A stretch of 64,000 nucleotides of DNA from positions 5,984,001 to 6,048,000 of the forward strand of contig OZ240241.1 in the NCBI GenBank assembly GCA_965198115.1, given 5' to 3'. This document shows positions 21,371-33,635 of this stretch, one piece after another (position 1 is the first letter of the stretch; the number at the start of each line of letters is the position of its first letter). The notes under the pieces were generated by a model. It did no database searches. It had not been told where the DNA came from and worked only from the letters and a program-made list of their open reading frames with translations. Source of the DNA: Candidatus Latescibacterota bacterium (GTDB lineage: Bacteria; Latescibacterota; UBA2968). The position numbers were made by a program, and so were the translations under genes.

Positions 21371-21399
21371 AAAGTAACATAGGTCACCGGGGGTGTCAA
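21371..21399 (-). promoter_or_regulatory. Sigma70 promoter for tRNA-Asp/mfd
   Basis: TTGACA-17 nt-TACTTT with extended -10 TG. Confidence 0.8.
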
Positions 21400-21554
21400 G
21401 CCAATTCGCCCGTTCGCGGTCGCCGAACCGCCCGTTCCCCAGGGGTTTAGACGACTTTTGGGTTCTCGGGCCGCGTTGCGTAGCACCGGTCGATGTGGTA
21501 TATTTTGCGCTTTCCACGCCAACGGAATCACCCCGTTTTTCGGAGTCCGCAACG

Positions 21555-22861
21555 TTGAATTCGGAACCCATCGGAGTCGGTTTACTCGGGCTTGGTGTCG
21601 TGGGCAGCGGTGTCCACCAGATCCTTCAGAATCGAGAGGATACGTTCGCGCAAGACCACGGATTCCGTCTCGACGTCCGCCGCATTGCGGTGCGAGACAC
21701 GACCCGGCAGCGGTCGGTGCCGGTCCCGGCCGGCCGCCTTACCGACGACGCCGGCGGAGTCATCGACGATCCGGACGTCCAGATCGTCATCGAGGTCATC
21801 GGGGGGCTCGAACCCGCAAGGGAACTGTGTCTTTCGGCCATCAGGGCTGGCAAGGACGTCGTCACGGCCAACAAGGCCCTGATCGCCGAGCACGGTGCCG
21901 AACTGTTCGAAACCGCATTCGCGAACGACGCTGGCCTCGCGTTCGAAGCCAGCGTGTGCGGCGGCATTCCGATCATCCGCTCACTGACCCAGGGGCTTTC
22001 GGCAAACGGGATCGACTCGCTCTACGGTATCCTGAACGGCACGACGAACTACATTCTCACTAAAATGTCCGATGAGGGCGGATCTTACGACGAAATCCTG
22101 AAACGGGCTCAGGACCTGGGTTTCGCGGAGGCCGATCCGACGATGGACGTCGACGGAACCGACGCCGCCCAAAAGCTGTCGATTCTGTGTCGTCTCGCCT
22201 TCCGAGCCGAGATACCCTACACGCAGATCCTTCGAGAAGGCATCGACAAGATCACGGCACTCGACATCGAATATGCCCGTAACCTCGGCTATGCCATCAA
22301 ACTGCTCGGGATCGCTCGATCGGCGGGAGACCAGGTCGAAGCCCGTGTCCATCCGACGCTGGTCCCGACAGACGCGTTGCTCGCGAACATCAAGGACGAA
22401 TTCAACGCTGTCGAGGTGGTTGGCGACGCCGCCGGACCCCAGGTTTATTACGGACGGGGAGCCGGCCCCTACCCACGGCTAGCGCCATCGTCTCCGACTT
22501 GCTCGAACAGGCAGATCGACGGACAACGGGACGCCAGCGGATTAGTCGCCGTCTCGTAGACGTCAAAACCGGTGCCCCCATCCCGAAGGGCCAGATCGAG
22601 ACGAGTTACTACTGTCGCTTCACCGTACAGGATACCCCTGGTGTTCTGGCCGAAATTGCGCAGATTTTCTCACAACACACGATCAGTATCGCCACCGTCA
22701 TTCAGCAGGGTCGGTCCGAGGAGGAAAGGGGCGCCGTCCCTCTGATCATGACGACCCACGAAGCCGTCGAGGCCGACATGCAGCGAGCGATCGACGGCAT
22801 CGGCGATCTGGTCACGGTCCGGGAAACACCCCAGGTTCTTCGGATCGAATCCTTCAAGTAA
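21555..22861 (+). CDS. hom: Homoserine dehydrogenase with C-terminal ACT domain (1-nt frameshift at ~22468)
   Basis: GLLGLGVVGSG, VVTANKA, FEASVCGGIP, GILNGTTNY, GFAEADP; GRGAGP|LPTASAIVSD is restored by one extra C; ACT motif DTPGVLAEI in ORF 22499..22861. Confidence 0.92.
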
Positions 22862-22874
22862 AGCGAGTGACCGC

Positions 22875-23141
22875 ATGGATCTCTTTGCTGCCATCTTCAT
22901 CGTCGTAGCACTCGGTTCGACGGTGCTCGTCAAATACGCGACGACGGTGCGGACGATCCGTCTGCGCGAAACCTTGATCGAGGTCGAGAGCGAACTCAGA
23001 ACCGAGCGAGGGAAGCTCAAAGCTGCTCAGAACCAGAAGGAAGTCCTCACGCGTGAACTGAAGAAGGCCCAGCGCCAGAAGAAGTCGCTCGACAAGAAAT
23101 CGAAACACTACGAAGAGGAGTTGACGAGTCTGAATCGATGA
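22875..23141 (+). CDS. Hypothetical small protein with N-terminal TM segment and coiled coil
   Basis: ATG 13 nt after the hom stop, hydrophobic N-terminus, K/E-rich heptads, followed by a terminator. Confidence 0.6.
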   Translation: MDLFAAIFIVVALGSTVLVKYATTVRTIRLRETLIEVESELRTERGKLKAAQNQKEVLTRELKKAQRQKKSLDKKSKHYEEELTSLNR

Positions 23142-23157
23142 CGGTTTTTTAACAAAC

Positions 23158-23203
23158 GACGAACGCGCCCGTTCCCGGTTGGGAGCAGGCGCGTTTTTCG
23201 TTC
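23158..23203. terminator. Bidirectional terminator hairpin between convergent genes
   Basis: gaacgcgcc..ttccc-ggtt-gggag..ggcgcgtttttc. Confidence 0.65.
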
Positions 23204-23218
23204 GATGCTGAAATCTCG

Positions 23219-23863
23219 TCAGCGGCTGGCCACGTGCGCTTCCATGCCCATGAGCACGCGGAGTTTCGGTTCGAGCTGTTCGCGTGTTCGCGGGCCTACG
23301 TGTTTTTCGTAGATCATTCCTGTGCGGTCGATGAGGAACGTGGTCGGCATGAGGGCGATACTGCCGTCGGCGACGACGGGTGGCTCGTGGCCGAATCCGT
23401 CGATCGTCGGAATCGCCTCGACCCTCGACCAGATGCGCTCCATCTTGTCCACGGGCTCGAGCGCAATGGGGTAGGTAAGACCGATCTTCGCCACGAAGCG
23501 TTTTACGTAATCCCGACCACCCGCATCCATGGAAACACCCACGACGACGAGTCCGTCGTTCTTGTAGGCCCGATGCAGTTCCTCGAAATGGGGAAGCTCG
23601 ACGCGGCACGGCGGGCACCACGTCGCCCAAAAGTTCAGGACCACGACGTTGCCACGTAGCGCCGACAGCCGAACGTCCTGGCCGTCGAGGTAGTGAAGCG
23701 TCACGTCGGGCGCCGCGATGGTCCCGACGCGGTCTGTTTCGTCTCCGGCGTCGCCACAGCTCGCAACGAGCAGTGCGAGCAGGGGGAAAAGCAGACGAAG
23801 GAAACCGTGGGTGTTCAAGATGCCCTCCTCTGGGTAGCTGTTCGATAAGCCCAGAGTGAGCAA
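23219..23863 (-). CDS. TlpA/ResA-like thiol-disulfide oxidoreductase lipoprotein
   Basis: Lipobox LVASC, NFWATWCPPC, PTTFLIDR; start uncertain. Confidence 0.85.
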   Translation of the reverse strand: MLTLGLSNSYPEEGILNTHGFLRLLFPLLALLVASCGDAGDETDRVGTIAAPDVTLHYLDGQDVRLSALRGNVVVLNFWATWCPPCRVELPHFEELHRAYKNDGLVVVGVSMDAGGRDYVKRFVAKIGLTYPIALEPVDKMERIWSRVEAIPTIDGFGHEPPVVADGSIALMPTTFLIDRTGMIYEKHVGPRTREQLEPKLRVLMGMEAHVASR

Positions 23864-23961
23864 CAGCTATGCCATTCCCGGTTGTTCGCCGGGAGACCGG
23901 CGATGGCGACGGATTGTCGGGTCTGACGTCTCATCCAATCGAGTCGACTCTACCGATGGCA

Positions 23962-26448
23962 TCAGGATGCGTCCGAAGAGCCTACAGCGCCGTTTCCCTG
24001 TCCGTTCGCGCTCCCCTCGCCGTGTTCGGGTTGCTCATCGATCCGCGCGACGTCGATCACACGATCCCCCTCACCCAGGTTGATCAACCTCACCCCCTGC
24101 GTGTTTCGCCCGATGATGTTCACGCCCTTCGTGGGCAGGCGAATCAGGATGCCGTCCTGAGAGATAATCATCACCTCGTCGGCGTCGCTGACGCCCTTGA
24201 TCGCGACCACGCCGCCGTTCCGGTCGGTCGTCTTGATGTTGATAACGCCCTTTCCCCCCCGCCGTGTCAACCGGTAGTCGGAAATCTCCGTTCGTTTGCC
24301 GTAGCCCAGTTCGCAAACCGTCAGCAGCCCCGCCGAGTCGTCGGCGACCACCATGCCGATTACGCGGTCATCCCCTTCGAGCTGAATCCCGCGGACCCCC
24401 TGGCTCCCACGTCCGGTCGGTCGCACATCCCGTTCGTGGAAGCGAACGGCCTGGCCGTCACGAGTGGCGACGATGATTTCCTGATCTCCGTCGGAGATCC
24501 AGGCTTCGACGAGTTCGTCGTCGTCCAGAATGGTCATGGCAATGATGCCCCCCCGACGCGGTCGGCTGTAGGCCGACAGAGCAGTCTTTTTGACCTGCCC
24601 CTGGCGCGTCGTCTGGACGAGGAATCGGTCTTCGTCGAACGTCTTGACCGGCACGATCGCTGCGACCTTGTGGGTTTCGTCGATGTCGATCAAGTTGATC
24701 ACGGGTCGACCTCGCGCCACGCGTGTCCCCTGCGGGATCCGGTAGACCTTCAGCCAGTGGCAATGCCCCTTGTCGGTCAGGAAGAGGATGTAGTCGTGGG
24801 TCGAGGCGACGAACAGGTGCTCGACGAAATCTTCTTCCTTCGTGGCCATACCGGCGACACCGCGGCCGCCCCGATGTTGGCTCCGGTAGGTGTCGACCGG
24901 AATCCGCTTGATGTAGCCGCTATGTGAGATCGTGATGACCACATCCTCGACCGGAATCAGGTCCTCCACGTCGATCTCTTCGGCAGAGACGACGATTTCG
25001 CTCCGTCGATCGTCGCCGTAAGCCTTTTTGATCTCGTTCAGCTCTTGCTTGATGATGTCCATTCGGACATCTCGGCTGTCGAGAATCCCCCGGAGGCGCT
25101 CGATCTCTTCCGTGAGCGATCGATATTCGTCCTCGATCTTCTGCTGTTCCAGGTTGGTCAGACGCTGGAGGGTCATCGTCAGGATCGCCTGTGCCTGCCG
25201 TTCCGTCAGCTCGAGCTGCTCCATCAACGCGACACGGGCTTCCGCCGGGTCCTCGGAGCCCCGGACGATGCGGATCACCTCGTCGATGTTGTCCAGCGCA
25301 ATGCGCAGCCCCTCCAAAATGTGTGCGCGCTCCTCGGCGACTCGCAATTCGAACGTCGTCCGCCGGACGACGACCTCGTGACGATGGTCGACGAAATGGA
25401 ACAACATCTCCTTCAAGTTCAGCTGGCGCGGCACGCCGTTCACCAGTGCGATTGTGTTCGCCGCGAACGTCGTCTCGAGCTGTGTGTGCTTGTAGAGCTG
25501 ATTCAGGACCACGTCGGGGTTGGCGTCGCGTCGCAATTCGACGACGATGCGTAGTCCCTCCCGATCGGACTCATCGCGAATGTTCGTGATTCCATCGATA
25601 TGTTTGTCCCGAACCAGGTCGGCCATTTTTTCCAGCAACGTGGCCTTTGCGACCATGTAGGGAATCTCGGTGATCACCACGACCTCTCGGTCGCCACGAG
25701 CTTCTTCCACGAAAGCCTTCGCGCGAACCCGGATGTGACCTTTGCCGAGGTGATACGCGGCCCGAACACCGACCATGCCGTGAATGATGCCCCCCGTCGG
25801 GAAATCCGGGGCCTTGACGTGCTCCATCAGCTCGTCGATCGAAATGTCGGGGTCGTCGATCAGGGCGCAAAGACCATCCACGATTTCCCTCAGGTTGTGA
25901 GGAGGAATCGCCGTCGCCATGCTGACCGCGATCCCCACGGCGCCGTTGCACAGCAAGTTTGGAAAACGCGACGGCAACACCGTCGGTTCTTCCAGGCGTT
26001 CGTCGTAGTTCGGCTGAAAATCGACGGTTTCCTTGTCGAGATCGGTCAGCATCTCGCCGCCCGCTCCGGCCAGACGGGACTCGGTGTATCGCATGGCCGC
26101 CGGGGGATACCCGTCGATCGAGCCGAAGTTGCCTTGGCCTTCGACGAGCAGGTATCGCATGCGGAAATCCTGTGCCAGGTGGACCAGCGTCGGGTAGACG
26201 ATCGCTTCGCCGTGTGGGTGGTAGTTGCCCGACGTATGACCGGCCACGTTCGCGCACTTGCGGTGCTGGCGGCCGGGTTGAAGACCCAGATCGTTCATGG
26301 CAACCAGAATCCGGCGCTGCGAGGGCTTGAGCCCGTCGCGAACGTCTGGCAACGCTCGGTTTACGAGCGTGCTCATGGAATAATCCAACATCGACTTGTT
26401 CAGCTCGTCGCCGATGTCGACTGGTACTATTCGTTGTCGCTCCAGCAT
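23962..26448 (-). CDS. gyrA: DNA gyrase subunit A
   Basis: RALPDVRDGLKP, YHPHGE, AAMRYTE, GyrA-box QHRGGRG, C-terminal pinwheel. Confidence 0.97.
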   Translation of the reverse strand: MLERQRIVPVDIGDELNKSMLDYSMSTLVNRALPDVRDGLKPSQRRILVAMNDLGLQPGRQHRKCANVAGHTSGNYHPHGEAIVYPTLVHLAQDFRMRYLLVEGQGNFGSIDGYPPAAMRYTESRLAGAGGEMLTDLDKETVDFQPNYDERLEEPTVLPSRFPNLLCNGAVGIAVSMATAIPPHNLREIVDGLCALIDDPDISIDELMEHVKAPDFPTGGIIHGMVGVRAAYHLGKGHIRVRAKAFVEEARGDREVVVITEIPYMVAKATLLEKMADLVRDKHIDGITNIRDESDREGLRIVVELRRDANPDVVLNQLYKHTQLETTFAANTIALVNGVPRQLNLKEMLFHFVDHRHEVVVRRTTFELRVAEERAHILEGLRIALDNIDEVIRIVRGSEDPAEARVALMEQLELTERQAQAILTMTLQRLTNLEQQKIEDEYRSLTEEIERLRGILDSRDVRMDIIKQELNEIKKAYGDDRRSEIVVSAEEIDVEDLIPVEDVVITISHSGYIKRIPVDTYRSQHRGGRGVAGMATKEEDFVEHLFVASTHDYILFLTDKGHCHWLKVYRIPQGTRVARGRPVINLIDIDETHKVAAIVPVKTFDEDRFLVQTTRQGQVKKTALSAYSRPRRGGIIAMTILDDDELVEAWISDGDQEIIVATRDGQAVRFHERDVRPTGRGSQGVRGIQLEGDDRVIGMVVADDSAGLLTVCELGYGKRTEISDYRLTRRGGKGVINIKTTDRNGGVVAIKGVSDADEVMIISQDGILIRLPTKGVNIIGRNTQGVRLINLGEGDRVIDVARIDEQPEHGEGSANGQGNGAVGSSDAS

Positions 26449-26499
26449 TGAAATTCGCTCTCCTGCTTCGATTGGCTGATCAGGGACATCGGTCGAGCG

Positions 26500-28431
<1,932 letters not shown>

Positions 28432-28443
28432 TCAAAATCTCCT

Positions 28444-28776
28444 TCAGGTGAACCGAATCGATCGGATGGCCGGTCCCCCGGCCATCTCGTTGAGCAATTC
28501 TACAAAGCGCTGTTCTTCGAACCGCAGACGATGCCGCCACACCGGATCCTTGATACGGACAATCATTTCGCCACTCTGGATCCGCTCGCTCGCGCTCACG
28601 GCCGCGGCCCGTTCGCCTGCCAGACGCTCTGCCGCTTCGGGCCAGGCCAGCACGGCCCGACGCTCGAGCAACGGTTGCTCGAGACCGGCGCGGCGCACGA
28701 AAGCCTTGATGACTTCCCCCAGGCTTTCGAGACGGCCTGCTCGGCTCGATGAGGGTTCAGAGGTCGACGATGCCAT
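28444..28776 (-). CDS. DUF721/DciA family protein
   Basis: Position between recF and gyrB; pattern SLGEVI...W...W...L...L...N....I..IRF; start uncertain. Confidence 0.72.
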   Translation of the reverse strand: MASSTSEPSSSRAGRLESLGEVIKAFVRRAGLEQPLLERRAVLAWPEAAERLAGERAAAVSASERIQSGEMIVRIKDPVWRHRLRFEEQRFVELLNEMAGGPAIRSIRFT

Positions 28777-29842
28777 ACGGTCTTCCCCGAATGTCCAGAT
28801 CGGGGTCCCTGGCCGTCGTCAGAACAACCTGGCCGAACTCGGACACCAGTTCGAGCACTGCCCGCGCGCGCGGGGTATCGAGTTCGGAGAACACGTCATC
28901 CATGAGGAGCACGGGTCGATGGTCGGTGTGTTCGTGTAGGTAAGCGGCCTCGGCCAATTTCCAGGAGAGAAGCGCGCTCTTCATCTGACCCTTGGATCCG
29001 AACTGATGAATCGGTCGTCCGTCGAGCTGGAAAATCAGGTGATCCCTGTGGGGTCCCGACAGCGTGTGCCCTAACCTGACTTCGTCCTCGCGTCGTGCGC
29101 GCAGGGCACTTAGCAGGTCGCCACAACGCGTCTCGGGGTCGCTCGAAGCCACCGTCCCACGGTAGGACAGCGAAAGGGTTTCGGCCTCGGACGAGATTCT
29201 TTCGTAGTAGCTCTTTGCCTTCGGCTCCAGGAACGTGAGGGTGCTGAGCCGGTCGGAGACGATTCGGGCCCCTGCCTCGGCAAGCTGTGAATCCCACGCC
29301 TCGAGCTGACCCGAGTCGACCAACAACCGAGGGCCTGCATCCTTCAGAAGCCGGTTACGTTGGGCTAAAACCCGACGATACGTCTCGAGGTCGGACAGGT
29401 GCGATGGACTCGATTGCGAGATCAGGATGTCGAGCAGACGACGTCGCTCGGGCGGTGTTCGCAATACCAGGTCGACATCTTCAGGGGAGAAGAGGACCGC
29501 ATTGAACTGACCCACGATGGCGGATACGCGCTGCAGGGGTTCCCCGCCCACGAAGGCCTTCTTCTTGTGCAGTTGCGCGTCGAAAGCGATTCGGAGTTCG
29601 ACGGGCTCGTCCCGCCGCTCGACCGATCCTTCGACGATGAAGCTGTGTGCTCCCCAGCGCACCACATCCCGGTCGTTCGCACCGCGCGACGATTTGGCGA
29701 TGGCCAGGAAGAAAATCGCTTCGAGGATGTTCGATTTGCCGCGACCGTTTGCGCCACTGATCGCTACACCCTCGGCTGGAAACTCGAAAACCGCCCGGTC
29801 GAAATTCCGGTAGTCGGCGAGCTCGAGCCTGCTCAGGTGCAC
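28757..29842 (-). CDS. recF: DNA replication/repair protein RecF
   Basis: YRNF, GANGRGKSNILEAI, PPERRRLLD, GPHRD, GSKGQ, LMDDVFSELD. Confidence 0.95.
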   Translation of the reverse strand: MHLSRLELADYRNFDRAVFEFPAEGVAISGANGRGKSNILEAIFFLAIAKSSRGANDRDVVRWGAHSFIVEGSVERRDEPVELRIAFDAQLHKKKAFVGGEPLQRVSAIVGQFNAVLFSPEDVDLVLRTPPERRRLLDILISQSSPSHLSDLETYRRVLAQRNRLLKDAGPRLLVDSGQLEAWDSQLAEAGARIVSDRLSTLTFLEPKAKSYYERISSEAETLSLSYRGTVASSDPETRCGDLLSALRARREDEVRLGHTLSGPHRDHLIFQLDGRPIHQFGSKGQMKSALLSWKLAEAAYLHEHTDHRPVLLMDDVFSELDTPRARAVLELVSEFGQVVLTTARDPDLDIRGRPYGIVDL

Positions 29843-29843
29843 A

Positions 29844-31034
29844 TCATTCGCTCAGTCGCAACGGCATGAGGAGACAGAGGTAGTCTTCACCTTCGGATTG
29901 ATCGACGGGCCTGATGATACCCGCGGTGACCGCGCTGTCGAGCTCGAACACGACATCGTCCGATTCAATCCGTCGCAAGATGTCCAGGAGATAGCCTGCG
30001 TTGTATCCGATCGCCATGGTCTCTTGATCATACTTTGCGTCGAGGGCTTCCTTTGCTTCGCCACCGATTTCCTGGCTGTTCGCCGAGAGCTCGATCTGAT
30101 CCTCGCCCAGTTCGAGGCGGACCTGATGCGTCTGGCTGCTCGCCAGAATTGACACACGACGGACGGCTGGTGCGAGCGCGTTGTTGGCGACGTGCATTCT
30201 TTTCGAATTGCCCGCAGGGATCACCTGTTCGTAGTCGACGTAGGGGCCTTCGATGAGGCGGGTGAACAGGCGGATGTCCTCTCCCCCTTCACCGTCGAAG
30301 TCCTCGGCGTCGACCAGTTCGAACATGAGATGGTTTTGACCGAACGACACCCGGCTGAGTCTGCTCCCCCCGGACACGAGCTTGAGGACGTGGTTGAGGG
30401 CGCGGGGGGGAACGATCGCTTCAGTCACGACCTGCTTCCCCTTGGGGCCCTGGAGGGTCTTTGAGAACTTGACGAGTCGGTGGCCATCGGTAGCAACCAT
30501 CGTCATTCGCCCCTCGCGAACTTGCCAGAGCACACCGTTCAGGACGGGTCTGGTTTCGTCCCTCGAGACCGCGAAGACGGTCTTCGAAATCATGTCCCCG
30601 AGCAGATCGCCGGACAATCCTCCCTCTTCTTCCTCCGTCCCGAACGTCATTTCGGGACCCTCGATTTCGGAGGGGAGCTCTGGGAAATCCTCGGCCGGAA
30701 CCGACATGAGCACATACGTTCCTTCGAGACCTGCCTGCCGTTCGATCGTGACTTTTCCTTCGTTGGCGACCACTGTAATCGTTTCGTCGGGAAGTTCCCG
30801 CACGATCTCGCTGAACTTCCGAGCAGGAACAGTCGTTGCACCAGGTTCGTCGACCTGACCGGAAACACCGCAGATGATCGAGATGTCGAGGTCGGTCGCA
30901 CTGAGCTCGATGCCGTCGGGGGTGGCCTGAATCAAGATGTTGGAAAGGACCGGGAGAGCGCTCTTGGAGGGGACGATGTCGAGGACTGCCTGAATGCCTC
31001 GAACCAGCTCTTCACGTTCGATTACCGCTTTCAC
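29844..31034 (-). CDS. dnaN: DNA polymerase III beta clamp
   Basis: LPVLSNIL, ATDLD, ETRPVLNGV, ATDGHRL, RLIEGPY, LLMPLRL; GTG start at 31034. Confidence 0.95.
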   Translation of the reverse strand: MKAVIEREELVRGIQAVLDIVPSKSALPVLSNILIQATPDGIELSATDLDISIICGVSGQVDEPGATTVPARKFSEIVRELPDETITVVANEGKVTIERQAGLEGTYVLMSVPAEDFPELPSEIEGPEMTFGTEEEEGGLSGDLLGDMISKTVFAVSRDETRPVLNGVLWQVREGRMTMVATDGHRLVKFSKTLQGPKGKQVVTEAIVPPRALNHVLKLVSGGSRLSRVSFGQNHLMFELVDAEDFDGEGGEDIRLFTRLIEGPYVDYEQVIPAGNSKRMHVANNALAPAVRRVSILASSQTHQVRLELGEDQIELSANSQEIGGEAKEALDAKYDQETMAIGYNAGYLLDILRRIESDDVVFELDSAVTAGIIRPVDQSEGEDYLCLLMPLRLSE

Positions 31035-31165
31035 CGAATGACCCTCCGATTGCCTTGGAATTGGACCGTGAATACTTACGGAAAAGGGGCCCAAATCGAG
31101 CGCTCAAACTGCTCGAAAATTGGGTCCCTTTTAGGGCCTCTTCTTACTCGCCCAAAATCTTACGT

Positions 31166-31194
31166 AATATACTGATTTTTAGTAAACTTGTCAA
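31166..31194 (-). promoter_or_regulatory. Sigma70 promoter for dnaN-recF-gyrBA
   Basis: TTGACA-17 nt-TATATT. Confidence 0.8.
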
Positions 31195-31199
31195 CGAAC

Positions 31200-31636
31200 A
31201 GAACCCTCCGAAAACGGCTCTTTTCAGACCTGATATTACCCCCTATTTCCGGTCCATTTTTCACTCTACTGAAACGGCTTCACATCGGGTGTGGAAAACT
31301 CATTCCCTAAGACCCTCTGGCGACGTGTATAACTCCTGATTTTTAGGCCATTTCCAACCAGTACCCGACGTGTGGAAAAGAGGTGTGGATAACGATTGTG
31401 GATTGACTTTCGATCTGTCGAAGGTGAACAACCTTCGATTTACTCACATCTCTTCACTCGACCTCCACATTTTTTTCACGTCGTATTGCATACTCTTCGT
31501 CTCGCATCTTGTCTCTCTTTCCACACATCCCCAGGCTTGTTGTTGTCATTATTGTTTCTGACTTCTATTTCAAAACAATAAAAACAGCGACACCTTCAAA
31601 GGCATCGCTTCGCTCAAAAGACTCTGTAATGGACAA
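31200..31636. other. Replication origin oriC (dnaA-dnaN intergenic)
   Basis: AT-rich; DnaA boxes TGTGGAAAA (31290, 31371), TGTGGATAA (31384), TGTGGATTG (31397), CTTTCCACA (31517); trinucleotide repeats at 31537-31554. Confidence 0.9.
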
Positions 31637-32998
31637 CTACCCCAATCCTTGCCGCAGTAACTGCGCCTCAAGCTGTCGAACCAGTTCAGAAAAAGCTGAG
31701 TCCTTTTCCATCCTCCTCTGAACACTCCGAACCGCGTGAATGACCGTCGTATGATCTTTTCGTCCGAACTGAACGCCGATCGACTTGAGTGGAGATCGCG
31801 TCAACGTCTTGCACATGAACATTCCGACGTGTCGAGCCTGAGCAAGTTCCTGTCGTCGCGAGGAACTCGTGAGCTGATCGATCGACAGCGAGAAGAAATC
31901 GGCTGTTGCTTCCTGAATGCGTGAAAGACTGAGATTTGGGTCACCACGTCTGTTTTCGATCGTATGGGGAAGAAGTCGACTGACGAGTCCGGTCGTAAGA
32001 CGCTCCCCCTTGATTTCAGCGAATGCGAGAATTCGAGTCAAAGCACCCTCGAGTTCACGTACGTTCGTCGCGTGTCGTTCCGCGATGTATCGAGCTGCGT
32101 CTTGTGGAAGACGAACACTCCGCGACTCTGCCTTGTGGTTGAGAATCGCGATTCGCGTTTCGAGGTCCGGTGCGTCGATACTGGCCACGAGCCCGCTTTC
32201 GAACCTCGAAACCAGACGCGGTTCGAACCCCTTTAGATTCGGTGGGGCGCAATCCGAAGTCAGAACGATCTGTTTATCGTTTTGAAAGAGCGTGTTGAAC
32301 GTATGAAAAAATTCTCGTTGGCTTCCTTCGGTCTGCAAGAAAAACTGAACGTCGTCGACGAGAAGAATGTCAGCTGTTCTGTAAATAGCGACGAATTCAC
32401 TCGTATCACGCCGTCGAATGCTTGAGATATAGTCGGAGATGAACTTCTCAGCCGTCACGAACACGATGCGCTTGGCGGTCGCACGGCTTTGACAATAATG
32501 CCCGATTGCTTGGAGAAGATGAGTCTTCCCCAGCCCAACACCGCTGTAAATCACGAGTGGATTGAATACCGTCTTCCCGGGTGATTCGGCCACTGCCTGA
32601 GCAGCCGAGAAAGCGAACTCGTTTCCTTCTCCCACGACGAAGTTGTCGAAACGATACCGGGTGTTGATCGGAAAGGTGAACTCGATTTGCGGAGGTGCTT
32701 CATCCTCGCTCACAGGTTTCGAGGTGGCAACGGAATCATCAGTCGTCGTGCCGGATGAGTGTAAAGAAACGACCGGCCGCCACCCTTTGGTCTCGTAAAC
32801 GGCGCGCTCGATGACCCACCCGTAATGCTCGTGGATCCAATCGCCGAAGAATGCATCCGGCACAAGCAGAATGAGTTCATTGGGGTCGAAGCGATCGACC
32901 TCGACAGGTTCGAACCAGGTCTGAAAACTCTGGGGCTGGACGAGTGATCGTATTGCCGGAAGACAATCGCGCCACGCGTCGGATGGCGTATCAGGCAA
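31637..32998 (-). CDS. dnaA: Chromosomal replication initiator DnaA
   Basis: YRFDNFVVGEGN, FNPLVIYSGVGLGKTHLL, LLVDDVQF, NVRELEGAL, FGRKDHTTVIHA. Confidence 0.97.
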   Translation of the reverse strand: MPDTPSDAWRDCLPAIRSLVQPQSFQTWFEPVEVDRFDPNELILLVPDAFFGDWIHEHYGWVIERAVYETKGWRPVVSLHSSGTTTDDSVATSKPVSEDEAPPQIEFTFPINTRYRFDNFVVGEGNEFAFSAAQAVAESPGKTVFNPLVIYSGVGLGKTHLLQAIGHYCQSRATAKRIVFVTAEKFISDYISSIRRRDTSEFVAIYRTADILLVDDVQFFLQTEGSQREFFHTFNTLFQNDKQIVLTSDCAPPNLKGFEPRLVSRFESGLVASIDAPDLETRIAILNHKAESRSVRLPQDAARYIAERHATNVRELEGALTRILAFAEIKGERLTTGLVSRLLPHTIENRRGDPNLSLSRIQEATADFFSLSIDQLTSSSRRQELAQARHVGMFMCKTLTRSPLKSIGVQFGRKDHTTVIHAVRSVQRRMEKDSAFSELVRQLEAQLLRQGLG

Positions 32999-33221
32999 AG
33001 GGGTATACCTACCCGACCGAAGGTGAAGGCGGGGACTTCACCAGAATAAGAACGATGATCTGCTGATGTGAGGAATCGGATGTTGCGGGGGATCCAGAAG
33101 CGTGCATCTTCACGGAATCGACCCGAAGCAGCGGGGACCGCTTCAGACCAGCCGCCAGGAAGCTACTTAGGGAGACTGGAGAAAGGATCCGTGAGAGATC
33201 TCCTCGTCTGGAATGGGCAGA

Positions 33222-33250
33222 AAGCTAAGCGGCTGATCGATCTGTGTCAA
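33222..33250 (-). promoter_or_regulatory. Sigma70 promoter for dnaA
   Basis: TTGACA-17 nt-TAGCTT. Confidence 0.65.
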
Positions 33251-33371
33251 GACATAGCAAATGGATGCAAGTCCCTTAAAAACAATATGTAATATTCTTT
33301 TCACAAGATAATGTATAGAGTTTTTTTGGGGCGCAATATCTGGTGTCGCGGTCGCTCAATTTCCAAATATC

Positions 33372-33400
33372 TTGACAGGGTCGGACCGGGAAGATAAATT
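33372..33400 (+). promoter_or_regulatory. Sigma70 promoter for the rpmH operon
   Basis: TTGACA-17 nt-TAAATT. Confidence 0.78.
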
Positions 33401-33479
33401 GTGACTTCTTCGGAAGTTATGCATAGGCAAGCTTCATTTTTGACGATAGATCTGGGCATTCACTCCAGGACACCAGAAG

Positions 33480-33614
33480 ATGAAACGCACGTTTCAACCC
33501 CATAACAGAAAGCGCAAGAACAAGCACGGATTCCGGAAGCGCATGAGCACGCCCGGTGGCCGAGCCGTCATCAACCGCCGCCGCCGTAAAGGGCGCAAAC
33601 GCGTTAGCGTTTGA
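33480..33614 (+). CDS. rpmH: 50S ribosomal protein L34
   Basis: Hand translation (too short for the ORF track): [44 protein letters not shown]; AGGA RBS. Confidence 0.97.
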   Translation: MKRTFQPHNRKRKNKHGFRKRMSTPGGRAVINRRRRKGRKRVSV

Positions 33615-33635
33615 TACGCTCTGGGCAGGCCCTCT

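Noticed and set aside
3055-22480. Programmed frameshifting in glmS, hydantoinase A and hom
   Set aside because: No slippery heptamers or stimulators were seen; each is fixed by one base in a G/C run.
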